Source of the DNA: Felis catus
Lineage: Eukaryota
Direction of reading: 5' to 3'
Assembly (NCBI RefSeq): GCF_018350175.1
Contig: NC_058373.1
Coordinates: forward strand, 115,012,001 to 115,076,000
DNA length: 64,000 nt
Below the pieces are notes generated by a model. That model was not told the DNA's origin and made no database searches. It saw nothing but the letters and a program-made list of their open reading frames with translations. Positions 44,599 to 57,061 of the stretch are shown here, piece by piece. The translations under genes and the position numbers were made by a program. Position 1 is the stretch's first letter, and each line of letters starts with the position of its first letter.

Positions 44599-45268
44599 CA
44601 CAGCTTGTTCTATCTGGTATTCAGGGTAAAGCCTGTAAGTCAGGGCTAAGGAACCGAGGCCTAATATTGGGGGGAAATCCTTAGGAAAGGGAGGGACTCT
44701 AGGTCCATGCCTGCCTCTCACCTGAGGGGAAACTGAATGCATTTTTTGTTGGCAGCAGCCCCGGGGTGGGGGGGCTGTGAGTGCCGGGAGGAGCACAGCA
44801 CCCCACTTTGTCTCCCCTCTCTGGCCAGCTTTGTGGGCCAGCCCCTTTCTGTCTCGCTACCTCTCTTCCATGTGAACCATGTCTGTCGGAGTTCTGTGAG
44901 GTATTCCTGACTTCCTGGTATGCCTTGAACCCCCACTGTCTCCTCTTGCTTCTCTAACGTTTCCTAGATGAACAGAATTTGGGAGCAAGGTACACTCTCT
45001 CCATTTTAGAGCTCTGCAGATCCAGATAGAGAGGGAAAGGCGTTTCTTCAGATGGGGCTGGAAAAGAGGACGGGAGGCAGCTGAGAAGAATTCAGCGGCA
45101 AAGAGGGAGGGCCCATCAGGACACTTCTTCTTGCCATGACAGAACGTATCGGCTCTCGTGAGGCTGGAAAAGACTCTGAATCAGAGTTATTAGCCACAGG
45201 GACCGGGTCTCGGGGCTTAGAACTGGAGACCCTGCCACCGGGATGTTGGTCCTCTCTCTGCTTGTCTT

Positions 45269-45271
<3 letters not shown>

Positions 45272-45310
<39 letters not shown>
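45272..45310. repeat. (TG)n microsatellite
   Basis: Seen directly. Confidence 0.95.
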
Positions 45311-45312
<2 letters not shown>

Positions 45313-45434
45313 GTGCCACCTGCCAGGACTGTGGCATCATGGGGTGAGCAATGTCGAGGAGCAGCAGGGGCAGGAGGACTACATCCTTCCTCGGCTCCCG
45401 GCTCCCTTGGCTTCCTGAAGGCGGGTCAGCAATG

Positions 45435-45448
45435 GTTGTCATGGCAAC
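45435..45448. promoter_or_regulatory. Candidate RFX X-box
   Basis: GTTGTCATGGCAAC, 13/14 match to the palindromic X-box GTTGCCATGGCAAC. Confidence 0.5.
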
Positions 45449-46039
45449 GGGCTGCCGGGAGGCTCTTAAGGAAAACACTGAGGCTGGAATGTTTTGAATA
45501 TTCGCCTATAAATGAGCCCTCTCTTGCCAAGAGCCACAGAAAGACAAAGCGCAGCTTTTTGGGTCATTTCAGCCCCAGCGGAGTGGTTGGCAAAGGTACA
45601 GGTGGGGTCAAGTTTGAGTTTCCGGGCCCAAGATGGAGGAGGAGGCCAGGAGGAGGAGGAGGCTGTAGGACTCTTCTGAAACACACATACAACCACCTCC
45701 CTGCAACCACCTACCGGAACCTGTACCAGATTGTCTATCATGGAGTGTTGCTCCTCAAGGGGTCCCAAGAGGGTGTTTCGTTCCCAATAGGCATTTAGGC
45801 AGCCTGCAGACAGGGACTGATTTCAAACACAGTGTGCCCCTCCAGGGAGCCCGCTGCTCCCTGGATCGGCTCACTGTCCATCTCCAGTCCAGCAAGGGCT
45901 TGCCAAAGTGGAGACTGGCTGCCTCAACGAAGATAACCCCTATTAATGAGACTCCTTGCCATTGATGTCTACCTCCATTGGCTCAGCTTACCCTCCCGGC
46001 ACCCCATGAGGAAATAGGGCTGGTGCCTTTACAATTTTC

Positions 46040-46115
46040 ATTTCATTTCATTTCATTTCATTTATTATTTTTGAGAGAGAAAGGGTGCAAGTGAGCGAGG
46101 GGCAGAGAGAGAGGG

Positions 46116-46146
<31 letters not shown>

Positions 46147-46244
46147 AGCAGGGCTCACCCGAAGCGGGACTCAAATTCACCAACCGTGAGATCATGACCT
46201 GAGCCAAAGTCAGAGGCTTAACCAACTGAGCCACCCAGGCACCC
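46040..46244 (-). mobile_element. Carnivore SINE with an (ATTTC)n-derived tail
   Basis: TSD tacaattttcattt on both sides. Confidence 0.88.
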
Positions 46245-48330
46245 TACAATTTTCATTTTAAAGATGAAGAAACAGTGGTCAGAGAATGCTGATTTCAAGA
46301 GAAACTTGAAACCCCACTCTGCCTAGCCCTGTCTACTCTCCTCTCCCTTCCCTAAGGAATAGGGTGATGGTAGGCCTGGTTGGGTATCCAGGGAAGGAGG
46401 TAATGCTCTAGGCCTACATGACAGGGAGGGGTGCCTCCTTGGACTCCTCTTCATGCCCAGAGACTTTCCTCCTTGGGTAAGCATGAAGGATGGAGAAGGA
46501 ACCTCCTTTGCATGAATCTTGGACAGAAATTCTAACTCACTTTTCCTTGGTATGCTTTTTGTGGAACTCACCTTTCTTTACTATGGGAATGCCAAGTCAT
46601 TCTGGGATTTAGGAGAAAAGAAAAATGGCTCCTTAAGTGAGCCCTCAGCCTACATTAAGGGCCCCCTTACACGGGGCAGCCTGGTCCACCAGAGCAGGTG
46701 CACTTCAGTAATAGTTTGCATTTTGTCTGTCTTCTGATGGTTTGGGGTTGGAGGATATGAGATCTCTAGCCAGATCCCATTATCCTTTCATATCACACAC
46801 CAGTGAATCACCCAAGGTCCTACTGCCATGAAAGGTAGAACTGGGACTGGAGCTCAGCTTTTGGACCCAAGTCCCCATCTCTTTCCTTCCATCCCTTCTA
46901 GTCTTGAGACAATGCCAAGCCAAAAGGGGGGATGGTCCTGTAGCCTTGGGCATTCCAGGAGGAGTTTTGCACATTGGTTCTGGGTTCCTGCTTGGGGTCA
47001 CCACTCCATGATGGATAAGCTCCATACTCAGGCATTATACTCCTGCAGCTGCCCTGGGAGGCAGGGTGCCTGTCACCCAAGAGCTCCCGCAACCTGACTA
47101 CAGCTTTTCCCCCAGAGCCTGATACCTGGCATGAGCTAAAGTCCTTGGTCTAAGATTACTCAAAGGAGGAAATCTGTTCTATATTTAACTTTCTTTCCCC
47201 CTCCTCTCCTTCCCTCCCTGTCCACCTTCCTTTTATCCTTCCTTCCTTCCTTCCCTCCTTCCTCCCATCTACTCACTCAAATTTAAGCAGATGCTTCCCC
47301 AAGGCGTGCTATCTACTGTCTCCTGTAGGTTAAAAAGCATCAGAAACCGAATACTTCCCGAGTTGAGAGCCTTGCTGAATTATTCATAGACCAAATCTAT
47401 TGCAAATTTCAGAGTGATTTTTATTCAAGGTTGAGGTTGTGAGGCTACAGGTGAAAGGATTAATGAACATGCCTAACTTTCCTGGAGGTTAGAAACACTA
47501 CCAGACATCAGTTCACAGTCTCTATCTCATGAGGCCCTAGGACAAGGACAGTGAACAGAAATGCTCTGTGTCGGAATTCACACAACCTTGGCCTTGGGTG
47601 GATGGAACCCTGTTCTCCCTGAGTTCTTCTGTGGATTGATGGATTAAACATACCAACAGCTAGATGGGCCTCACCCAACCTCTGCACCTGTGTGGAATCC
47701 ATCTTCCTATTGGCTGGACCGTTCAGAAGGGGACCAGGTTTTCCTGACAGATGCGCTGACTGGAGGTTGTGAGCTCCCTACCAAACTCAAAATATTTGAG
47801 TTGGTAATGATGCACAGCCATTAAGCATGCCGTAGGAGGGATCCTGCTTTGGGGGAATTGGACTAGATGTCTGTGGATTATCATCCAGTGTTGGGATTGA
47901 GATCATCCTCGTATCTGAGCTTCTTGATTCTAGGGTTCAACTACTCAGGATAATTTGATCTCAAAGCAGAATCTGAACACTGATTCCCTTAGACTCAAAA
48001 ATGGTTGGCTTCATCAGATGTTGCTTCTTGGATTCACCTGCCAACTGTTGTCAATCCCCGCCCTGCCCCCTGGTCTTCATTCACTCCCTACAGTGCCCCA
48101 CCGTTGGCAATATTCTGCCAGTGACTCCTGGAGTCTTCCATAGCCTCTGCTACCTACCAGGTAGCTTTACAGAGAGGAAATATAGCCTCAGGGAGAAACC
48201 AGAAGGTCTGGAGCTAGGTGGACTTAGATTAATATCTTGGCTTCACCCTTACAGCTGCATGACTCTAGGAAAATCCCCTACCCACTCTGACCTTCGCTTT
48301 CCTCTTCCGTAAAATAAAAATGGCAACACT

Positions 48331-48554
48331 CTTTTCTTTTTTTTTTTTCAACTTTTTTTTTTTTTTTTTGGGACAGAGAGAGACAGAGCATGAACGGGGG
48401 AGGGGCAGAGAGAGAGGGAGACACAGAATCGGAAACAGGCTCCAGGCTCTGAGCCATCAGCCCAGAGCCTGACGCGGGGCTCGAACTCACGGACCGCGAG
48501 ATCGTGACCTGGCTGAAGTCGGACGCTTAACCGACTGCGCCACCCAGGCGCCCC
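48331..48554 (-). mobile_element. Young feline SINE (SINEC_Fc type)
   Basis: Reverse complement nearly identical to the 43019 copy; long T tail. Confidence 0.94.
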
Positions 48555-48699
48555 TCTTTTCAATAAGACTGTGAAGTTTAAATGAAATAATGTTGATAAG
48601 GTACTTACTATAGTGCATGGCACATCCCTCCCCAAGTCCATTGTGCCCTCTTTTGCCTCTTGCCCTTGACTGTGGTATATGCATAGACCATTCTCTCTA

Positions 48700-49790
48700 C
48701 GCTGTGACAGAAGCTTCTAATTATCCACTAGTGTCCATTCTCTTCTTTTTCCTCTTAGTTTTAGCTTGACAGATGGCAATTTAGAGACTGTATTCTCCAG
48801 GCTCCCTTACAGTTAGGAGTGGTCATATGACTAAGTGCTAGTGCTAGGTGCTAGTAAGGTGGAAGCAAAAGTGATGTATGCAACGTCTACGAGAGGGATT
48901 TGATTGCCTTCTGTGTCTTCTTTTTTTTTTTTTTTAATTTGGAAGTGAATAACCTTCATTTTTTTAATTTTTAATTTTTTAAAATTTACATCCAAATTAG
49001 TTAGCATATAGTGCAACAATGATTTCAGGAGTAGATTCCTTTAGCCCATCCCCCCTCCCACAACCCCTCCAGCAACCCTCAGTTTGTTCTCCATACTTAT
49101 GAGTCTCCTGTTTTGTCCCCCTCCTTGTTTTTATATTATTTTTGCTTCCCTTCCCTTAGGTTCATCTGTTTTGTCTCTTAAAGTCCTCATATGAGTGAAG
49201 CATAGGATTTTTGTCTTTCTGTGACTAATTTCACTTAGCATAAACCCCTCCAGTTCCATCCACGTGGTTGCAGATGGCAAGGTTTCATTCTTTTTGATTT
49301 CTGAGTAGTACTCCATGGTATAGATATACCATATCTTCTTTATCCAGTCATCCATCGATGGACATTTGGGCTCTTTCTGTACTTTGGCTATTGCCGATAG
49401 TGCTGCTATAAACATGGGGGTGCATGTGTCCCTTCGAAACAGCACCCCTGTATCCCGTGGATAAATGCCTAGTAGTGCACTTGCTGGGTCGTCGGGTAGT
49501 TCTATTTTTAGTTTTTTGAGGAACCTCCACACTGTTTTCCAGCATGGCCGCACCAGCTTGCATTCCCAGCCTTCTGTGTCTTCTTATTCCCTGGGATGTA
49601 GAGGTAGTGCTGGTGAGTTAACTTTGATCATGCAAGTGATGAAAACATCCTAGAAGATGGCAAGGTAAGATAGAAGGCAGCTAGGCCCTGGAAAACCTGT
49701 GCCACGGGACCATCTACCCAGCCTGGACCACCTGGCTGCCTAGGCATTATTACATAAGAGAAAGAAAATAAGCCTCTTCTCAGCCTTGTG
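48700..49790. mobile_element. Old MaLR LTR (MLT1-like) split by an L1 insertion
   Basis: ggctcccttacagttaggagtggtcatatgactaag...agcctggacc...ttacataagagaaagaaaataagcctc. Confidence 0.55.
48923..49568 (-). mobile_element. 5'-truncated felid L1 (ORF2 C-terminus plus 3' UTR)
   Basis: ORF 49131-49553 [16 protein letters not shown]...WYIYTMEYY is the L1 ORF2 end; perfect 17-bp TSD GCCTTCTGTGTCTTCTT at 48906-48922 and 49569-49585. Confidence 0.95.
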
Positions 49791-50714
49791 CTCCTCTCTA
49801 AGACCTTGGCTTAGATGTCACTTCCCTAGGAAGCTGTCTGTGGAAGCTTCCCCAGGAAGCTGGTCTCCCTGGACCAGCACTTCCTGTGAGCTTTCACCCA
49901 TGCTCTCACTGGAGCCCACATCCAAGAATCCTATGAAAACTTGTTGACTTGCCTGCAACACACACACCCCACCCGGTCCAGCCTAGGAGCGCTTTGAAGC
50001 AGGGACCACAATCTTACCTGCTCCTTTTTTGCAGGATCTAAAATACAGTAGGCGCTTGGTAAATGTTGACTAGATCAACAGTGGTGTCATACACTTTCAT
50101 TCTGCCCTGGTTCTCACCTACGGGAATTTTAAGCTCGTCTTCATGCTTCATCCCAACCCAAACTGAAGAACAATCCCCATTCTCTCCATCTTCAAACACA
50201 AGTAGTACTTTCTTCCTTGTCCAGTGAGCCAAGCCAGGCCCCAGGAAGAAGTACTTCCCAAAGTGCAGCCCAGTGCTAGATCCCAGTCCGTGGCCCCTGT
50301 CGTCAGGTGACCTTCACCCAAACATGAGATGTGGTGGTGTTTTGGGTAGGTCTGCGAGGTATAGCAGGAGTTACCCTTCCTAGATTACCTTTACTTTGAA
50401 AACCTGGGCAAAAGGGGTAGGGGGTTGTAGAAATCTACACATCGAATTTAATTGGAAAAGTGTGCAAATTCTTTTATAATTTATTTTCAATTTCCATACA
50501 GTTATGGTGGTCTGTTTACAAGTCTGGTGGGGGTGGGGCAGCCCTGGTGGATTTCTCTGGTCACTGTGTAGACGGAAGCATGCACTGTCCAACAGACGAA
50601 GGCTTCGGCAGCTGCTCTGAAAGCTGGGGTTGTGGCCTCCAGCCAGCCTTTCCTTGAAGACACTTCCCAAGAGCATTGGCCTTGGCAGGACTTAGAAGCT
50701 GCTGCTTTTATTAG

Positions 50715-51155
50715 TGCTTTCTTTTCTTCCTTTCTTCCTCCCTCCCTCCCTTCCTTTCTCTCTCTCTTTCTTTCTCTTTCTTTCCTTCCTTCCTTCCTTC
50801 CTTCCTTCCTTCCTTCCTTCCTTCCTTCCTTCCTTCTGCCTTCCTTCCTTTCTCTCTCCCTCCCTCCCTCCATCCCTCTCTCTTTCTTCCTTCCTCCCTC
50901 CCTCCCTTCCTTTCTCTCCCTTCCTTCCTTTCTTTCTTTCTTCCTCCCTCCCTCTCTCCCTCTTTCTTCCTTCCTCCCTCTCTCCCTTCCTCTCTCTTCC
51001 TTCCTCTCTCTTTCTTTCTCCCTCTCTCTCCCCTTCCTCTTTCTTTCTTTCTTTCTTCCTCTCTTTTTGTCTCATTCAGACAAAATAGGATGTCTGAATA
51101 TCTGTTCCCCTCCCCTTCCTTCCTTCCTTCCTTCCTTCCTTCCTTCCTTCCTTCC
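50715..51155. repeat. Long polypyrimidine low-complexity tract, (CCTT)n/(CT)n
   Basis: About 440 nt, almost only C/T apart from an island at about 51065-51105. Confidence 0.95.
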
Positions 51156-51785
51156 CAGAGCAGAGGAATGTATCCTTGAGCCAAAGAGGAGTAAGAATGG
51201 TACTGTTGAGAAGAAAGAGAGAGGCTCGGAGTGGGGCAACAGACCCCACATTTGTCTCAGGCATGTCCCCTACTGTGACAAGGAGATTATAGTGGTTTAC
51301 TGTCCCTAGTGTTTGAGCCAGAATCCCACACATTTGCGGAGGGCTGTAAAGGGCTGAGCTCCCTGAGGGGCTATGCTTTCATTTCCTCCCTAGCGGAGCT
51401 TGGAGTGAGGTGGGTGGGAGGGGAGGCCACCTTCAAATAAGCCATCAATCAGGGGAGTCCTCTGGCATCATTAATCCCCTGGGCACACCCTCAAGGTTTC
51501 ACAGTACCTGGCGTAAGGTCACCATTCCAAAGTTCATGTTCACCTTACTGAAAGGTGTTCAGGCGTCTTATCACATTATCAGGCTGAGTCTTATCACCCA
51601 TATCTGATGGTCCTAGAAAAACACTCCCACTTCTTCTACTCCTGTTTTGGGAAGGATCTGAATGGGAATTAAAGAAAGACAACAAAATAGGATGTCTGAA
51701 TTTCTTTCTTTGGTCTAGTACAAGTCTGGTTTTGCAGCTCTGAAAGTCCTAATCATCCTCTATGTTAAAAACTTCAGAAATTTTG

Positions 51786-51970
51786 AGGCACCTGGGTGTC
51801 TGACTCTTGATTTTGGCTCAGGTCATGATCTCATGGTTCTTGAGTTAGAGCCCACATCAGGCTCTGCACTGACAGCATTGAGCCTGCTTGGGATTCTCTC
51901 TCTTCCTCTCTCTGTCCCTCCCCCACTCACGCTCTTTCTCTTTATCAAAATAAGTAAATAAAATTTTTTT
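51786..51970 (+). mobile_element. Carnivore SINE
   Basis: TSD aaaaacttcagaaa. Confidence 0.85.
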
Positions 51971-52037
51971 AAAAACTTCAGAAACTTTATCTCCCAGTGT
52001 TTGGCTACAGCGTCTTCTATAAGGTATAAGAATTCAG

Positions 52038-52432
52038 CAGAGCTGGCTTCATGGGGGAACAACTCATGGGGTCACACAGGGCCCTGAGCTTAGAAAGGCC
52101 CATGTATGGTTCCATGTTCTGCTTTGGCCGTCTTGAAATTGTTAATAATTTTTAATTTTTTTTCATGTTTATTTTTTGCTTCTGAGAGACAGAGCACAAG
52201 CAGGAGAGGGGCAGAGAGAGAGGAAACACAAAATCTGAAACAGGCTCCAGGCTCTGAGCTGTCAGCACAGAGCCCAACGTGGGGCTTGAACCCGCAAACT
52301 GTGAGATCATGACCTGAACTGAAGTCTGACACTCAACCGACTGAGCCACCGGGTGCCCCTAAATTGTTAATAATTTGTAAATGAGAGGCCATGCATTTTC
52401 ACTTTTCACTGGGCACGGCAAGTTACTAGCTC
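52038..52432. mobile_element. hAT MITE (MER91A-like) with a nested antisense SINE at 52152-52359
   Basis: cacagggccctgagcttagaaaggccc...gccgtcttgaaatt..taataattt...gcattttcacttttcactggg; SINE TSD AAATTGTTAATAATTT at 52136-52151 and 52361-52376. Confidence 0.7.
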
Positions 52433-53438
52433 CTCCGGGTAATTTAGGAGGTGCAAGTAATGCATTTTGACATTGAGCAGCTGCAGCCATGAACTACCCG
52501 GGAGCCAGAGCTGACATGCCTTGGGCACTCCCTTGTCAACTCCCTCTTTGTGTGGAGAGTAAGTGACCACTGGAAGCCACACAAAGGAAAGGTCCACTCC
52601 CCTGCCCTGCAGCAAGAACTGGTGTTAGCAGCAGAGCAGGTGGGCCTTCACAAGAGTAGAGGGGAATTGAGAAGGGGGGGAGCCCTGATCCTATCTGAAA
52701 ATCCCAGGAGAAAGGGGAGAGAGGGCTCGGGGTTCCCCGAGTTTGGGTTTGACTGACGCCCTCACTGATGGCAAATGGTCCGATTTCAATACCTCCGACA
52801 CGAGTATGTCCTTCTGATCTCAAGTCGCAGTTGGAAGCCTTTGGTACCCCGTGTTTTGAAGCTAAACCTTTGAGCCTCCACACCACTGTAAAGGCTCTGC
52901 TTAAACAGGTGGGGGAGGCTGGGGCAGGGCACAGTACACACCGGCAGGGGAAGCACCTGGCTCCTCGCCAAAGGCTGCCAAGAGGTCTGGAGGTCCTGCC
53001 CCTGGTTTAGCCATAGAGAGGCCAAAATTGACGGGCAGAGTTGCAAAGGAGAACTGATGCCATCTGGTTTCGTTTCTGTCTTCACCCCCAGTTCCAACTC
53101 ACAGATACACCCCTGCCTTGCTCGTTTGGCTTTCTCATTTGTTTATAATTTTTCCTGATGCCCCGATCCCCCCAACTGCCAACAGTAAGATGTCTTCTAG
53201 AAAGCTGCTCTGTGGATGCTGGGCCTCAAGGAGCCATCATCCCTGCCATGCCCAGCATCCTGCCCTCAGGTCAATGTTGTCATTAAATATTTGAGAGGGG
53301 AAGCTGAGATCCTGGTCCTTAGGCTCTGGCCACCATGCCATCAGCTGGAAATGGGGACGAAATGGGCCGGCTGGGGAGGCGACCTCTGTGAGACACGTCA
53401 TTTGGAGAACATTGGAGATTTATAAAGAATTTGTCCAA

Positions 53439-53645
53439 AAAAAAAAAAAAAAAAAAAAAAAAAAGGAGGGAGGGAGGGAGGCAAGCCATAAGAGACTCTT
53501 GAGGACTGAGAACAAACTAAGGGTAGATGGGGGGGGGGGGGGGGAAGAGGGGAAAGTGGGTGATAGGCAGGGAGGAGGGCACTTGTTGGGATGAGCACTG
53601 AGTGTCGTATGGAAACCAATTTAACAATAAATTATATTAAAAACA
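53439..53645 (+). mobile_element. Very short 5'-truncated felid L1 3' end
   Basis: gaggcaagccataagagactctt...gggcacttgttgggatgagcactg...aataaa; TSD AAAGAATTTGTCCAA at 53424-53438 and 53646-53660. Confidence 0.88.
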
Positions 53646-56349
53646 AAAGAATTTGTCCAATCACAAAGCAGTGGCAGCCCATTTAAAAAACCAGGTCCTT
53701 CTCTGCTGGATTCTCAGGATTTCTCTCCTCTTGTTCACCTGTAACAGGAAGAGAGGAAGTCCACGCTGTCCTGGACTAAAGTCAAGGTTTGTGAATGATC
53801 ACTGCTAGGCATCTGGAGACATTTGCTCACCGCTTCCCCAGACCCCTTTCCCAGAGTTTGGGACATTAAGCCCCAGACTGCTCAGGCTGACTTTGGGCAT
53901 CCCCGGCTGCCCTGTGCTGTCTCTGTGCCGTCTCCCCCACAGCGATCTCCCCCCACGGCCCTTCTCTGGCTAACTCTGAGCCGGCAACCTGCTTATGGCC
54001 CTGCGTTGTCATGGAGAAGGTTTTAGAAACATATTGTTGGATTGCGGGGTGCATTTCTGCCACCTGGAAACAAGTGGGTTTGTAGAAAAGCCACGGTGGA
54101 GGGAGGGAAAGGGCTCTTGGAGGGCAGAGCCGGTGCCAGCATAGCGGGCTGTGGCGGAGGGATGGGAGCCCGCATTGCTGTTTGGTATTCTGGACAGGCA
54201 GCGGCATGCTGATCAGCTTGCTTCGACAGGACTCCTGGGAGCGTGCATCAGACAGAAGGCCACCGACTCTGCAGAAAACTTTGCAGATTCTAAGGGAATG
54301 AACTGCCTGTGCTGCCCAGTCTGTGGTGAGGGGGGCCACCTGAGCTCCCATTTAGATACGCCGATGTAAATTTATGCTTCCTGCAGGCACAGTGCCCTTT
54401 GCCTGTGCACACCAGCAGGCTGCCCTTGACCGTCTGGGACAGCTCCTTAAGGGACATCTATTCTTGCATGAGACCCAGACACCCCAACCATCTGGGCATC
54501 TTCCTCCCGCCCCACGCCCAGTTCCTGAGGGGCTTCGGACAGCCCATTTAGGCCACCAGTCACCTTGCTGTTTGCCGCTTTATAGGTCAAAAAACAGTTG
54601 AATTATCAACAATTTTGTATCGTTCAGCCAAACTGGAAGCTGCAGGGCAATCTGGCACCTGTCATCAGGATGAGACAATAAGAACAGTAAGGAAAGTCAG
54701 TAGCAGCTTTCTCTTGCCCGACAAATATAATCGGTTACTTTCTAAATCATCCTAAACCCTAGCACTTCGGGTACATCTCAGGACTTCACCTGCCAAACGA
54801 TGTACCTGCTACCCGACATGTGCACAGAGTTCCCAAGTATACTTTCCCTTCAAGGCTTGCTTTTGAGCTTGGTATACTTTTTCTTCTGCTACTTGAGGTA
54901 GGAACTAGATCAGTTGTGGTGCCCACACAGAGAAGACACATCTCAAAAGTACTTTCTAACAGATTCCCAAGATTTGTTAACTGGTGTACTCACTGGCAGA
55001 AGAAACTATACAATGTTTTCATTCCTTGTACATTCTTTTTTGCTAGAAGTTTTGGCAACTTGTGGAAAATCCCGTAGAGTCAGCTTGCCTACCCTCATCT
55101 ATGTAGACCTGACGTCTGTGGACTATGAACACGTTTTGAGTCGGGACCCCAATAGTAAACGATCAGTTTCTAAAGCTCCTGCTCTCTCCTTTCTCCTCCT
55201 GGGTCTCGTTTCGGCTGTTTTAAGATGGTCCCAGTGAGAGGCCTCTATTCCCTTCGCTGAAACATTGACTTATTTAGCCATGCCCAGACTCACAAGATAT
55301 ATATCCTGCCTGAATTGTTCTGCCTACAGCTTCATTTTAGGGTTCTCTGGCCTCTGCTCCCTTCTTTTTATTCTTGTCTTTTATATCTAGGCTCTCACTG
55401 CCTTTTCTCCTTTCTTGAACGTAGCGATGCTTTTACTTAATAATCCTTCGTAAATCAGCCTGTTCTCTTCCCAAAGCAGCTCACTTCTCTCCCTCCCTGT
55501 CATTTGTTTCCATTTCTTCTAGGGGCTGCCGGGAACGGGGGCCCACACAGAATTCTCGACTCACCTATGGCAACAGAGGCAGGCTATGGAAACTAAGGCC
55601 AGAGCTTTTGGCTGGGGCCGTACCAAATAATTAAACTGCTTTACTCCTAATATACTTCTGTTGTGAATCTCAAGACGCAGGAAGGGCTGGTCTGGCGGAT
55701 GATATGGGTGTATCAGGCGAGGTTAAGCCCAACCTACTGGATTCCCCTTTGCAAAGAAGCAGGTGAACCACCAGACTTTCTGACTCAATCCCCTGGCTTC
55801 ACAAGATAGTGAAAACAAGCACTTGTCTATGCATGAAGGAGTAGCCAGTTATAACTGGGAATTCTAAGCGTAGGCAATACCTGGAAAATAAAACTTGCAG
55901 CTGGCAGGCCAGAGATGGAAAGAGCAAAGGAGAGATTTTTGTTAAACTGCTCTAGCGGGTAGCTTCCCCCCCCCCCCCCCCCCCCCCCGCTGCTTTCATA
56001 AAACCACATACTTAGGGTTAGTTGGGAAGCCAAGTCCTTGACACCTGCAACCGTCCCAATAAGATCAGAATGAGTGGAGTGTGGGAACCCCCAGGATAAT
56101 GTCTGGCCAGGGGAGGGCACTTACTCATATCATTCAAATGGAGAGAGGGATGGGAGGTGTCTAATTTCCCTTTGAGTTCTGAAAGATGATCTGGTGGCCT
56201 AGGAAGAGGCAGCCTAGCCCCAAATGATGCACGTTTGTCAGGAAGGAAAGAGTTGCCAAGAAACAAGAAGTTAAGTTGGGAGGGAGAATTTACCAATGGG
56301 AGTTAATCACACACGTAAAATGAACTTCATTTAGGCTTGCCTTGCAGAG

Positions 56350-56845
56350 CAGTGGTTTCCTAACTTTAAAGAGCAGCACAAATTACCTGGGTTTCTGGCA
56401 AAAAAGCAGACTCTGAATCAGAAGTTCTGGGATGGAGCCTGAGTTCTGCATTTCTAAGCAACTCCTAGGTGATGCCAATGCTGATGTCTGTGGACCACAG
56501 GAAGTAGCAAGGTTCTAGAGTATCGCAACCCAATAGAACTTTCTGTGATGATGGCCATGTTCTAGATCTATGCTGTCCAATTGGGTGGCCACTGAACATT
56601 TGAAAGGTGGCTGGTGTGACGGAAGAGCTTGAATGTTTAGTTTCCTTTAAATTTGACTAATTTAAATTGAAACAGGCTTATGTGGTTAGTGATTCCTGAA
56701 AGCACAGGTCTCGAGCAGTGCCCTCATGCTTAGGGGCACATTGGAATCACCTGCAAGGCTCGTTAAATCACAGATTGCCAGGTCCCACCCCTAGCATAGC
56801 TGATGCTGATCCTGCTGGCCTGTGACCACCCTTGGAGAACTTCTG
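56350..56845. mobile_element. Three adjacent hAT-Charlie MITEs (MER5A-like, MER3-like, MER5A-like)
   Basis: cagtggtt...ctgcatttctaagcaactcctaggtgatgcc; ccaatagaactttctgtgatgatgg; cagtg...ttggaatcacctg...ttggagaac. Confidence 0.7.
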
Positions 56846-57061
56846 TTCTAGAACAGGCACCAACCCAGCTGTGGTAGCTTTAGGATCTGTATAAGAACCT
56901 CATCTTTTCTCCAGGCGGTGAGCCTCAGTCTCACCCTCAGTCTCAGCACGACCCACCAAGTCCGGATGACGTCTGAGTTTTCTCCCTGCAGGCCTTACAT
57001 CTGGGCAAAGTGGGTGGTGATTCAAATGGCTGGCATTGGAAGGCTCCAGGAGGGCACCACC

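Noticed and set aside
45136..45798. 220-aa ATG-initiated ORF
   Set aside because: Runs through a (TG)n microsatellite and has no recognisable protein features.
49131..49553. 140-aa ORF as a host gene
   Set aside because: It is the C-terminus of L1 ORF2 in a truncated insertion.
50502..51309. Long ORFs (up to 225 aa) with SFLP or EGRK repeats
   Set aside because: Translations of the (CCTT)n low-complexity tract.
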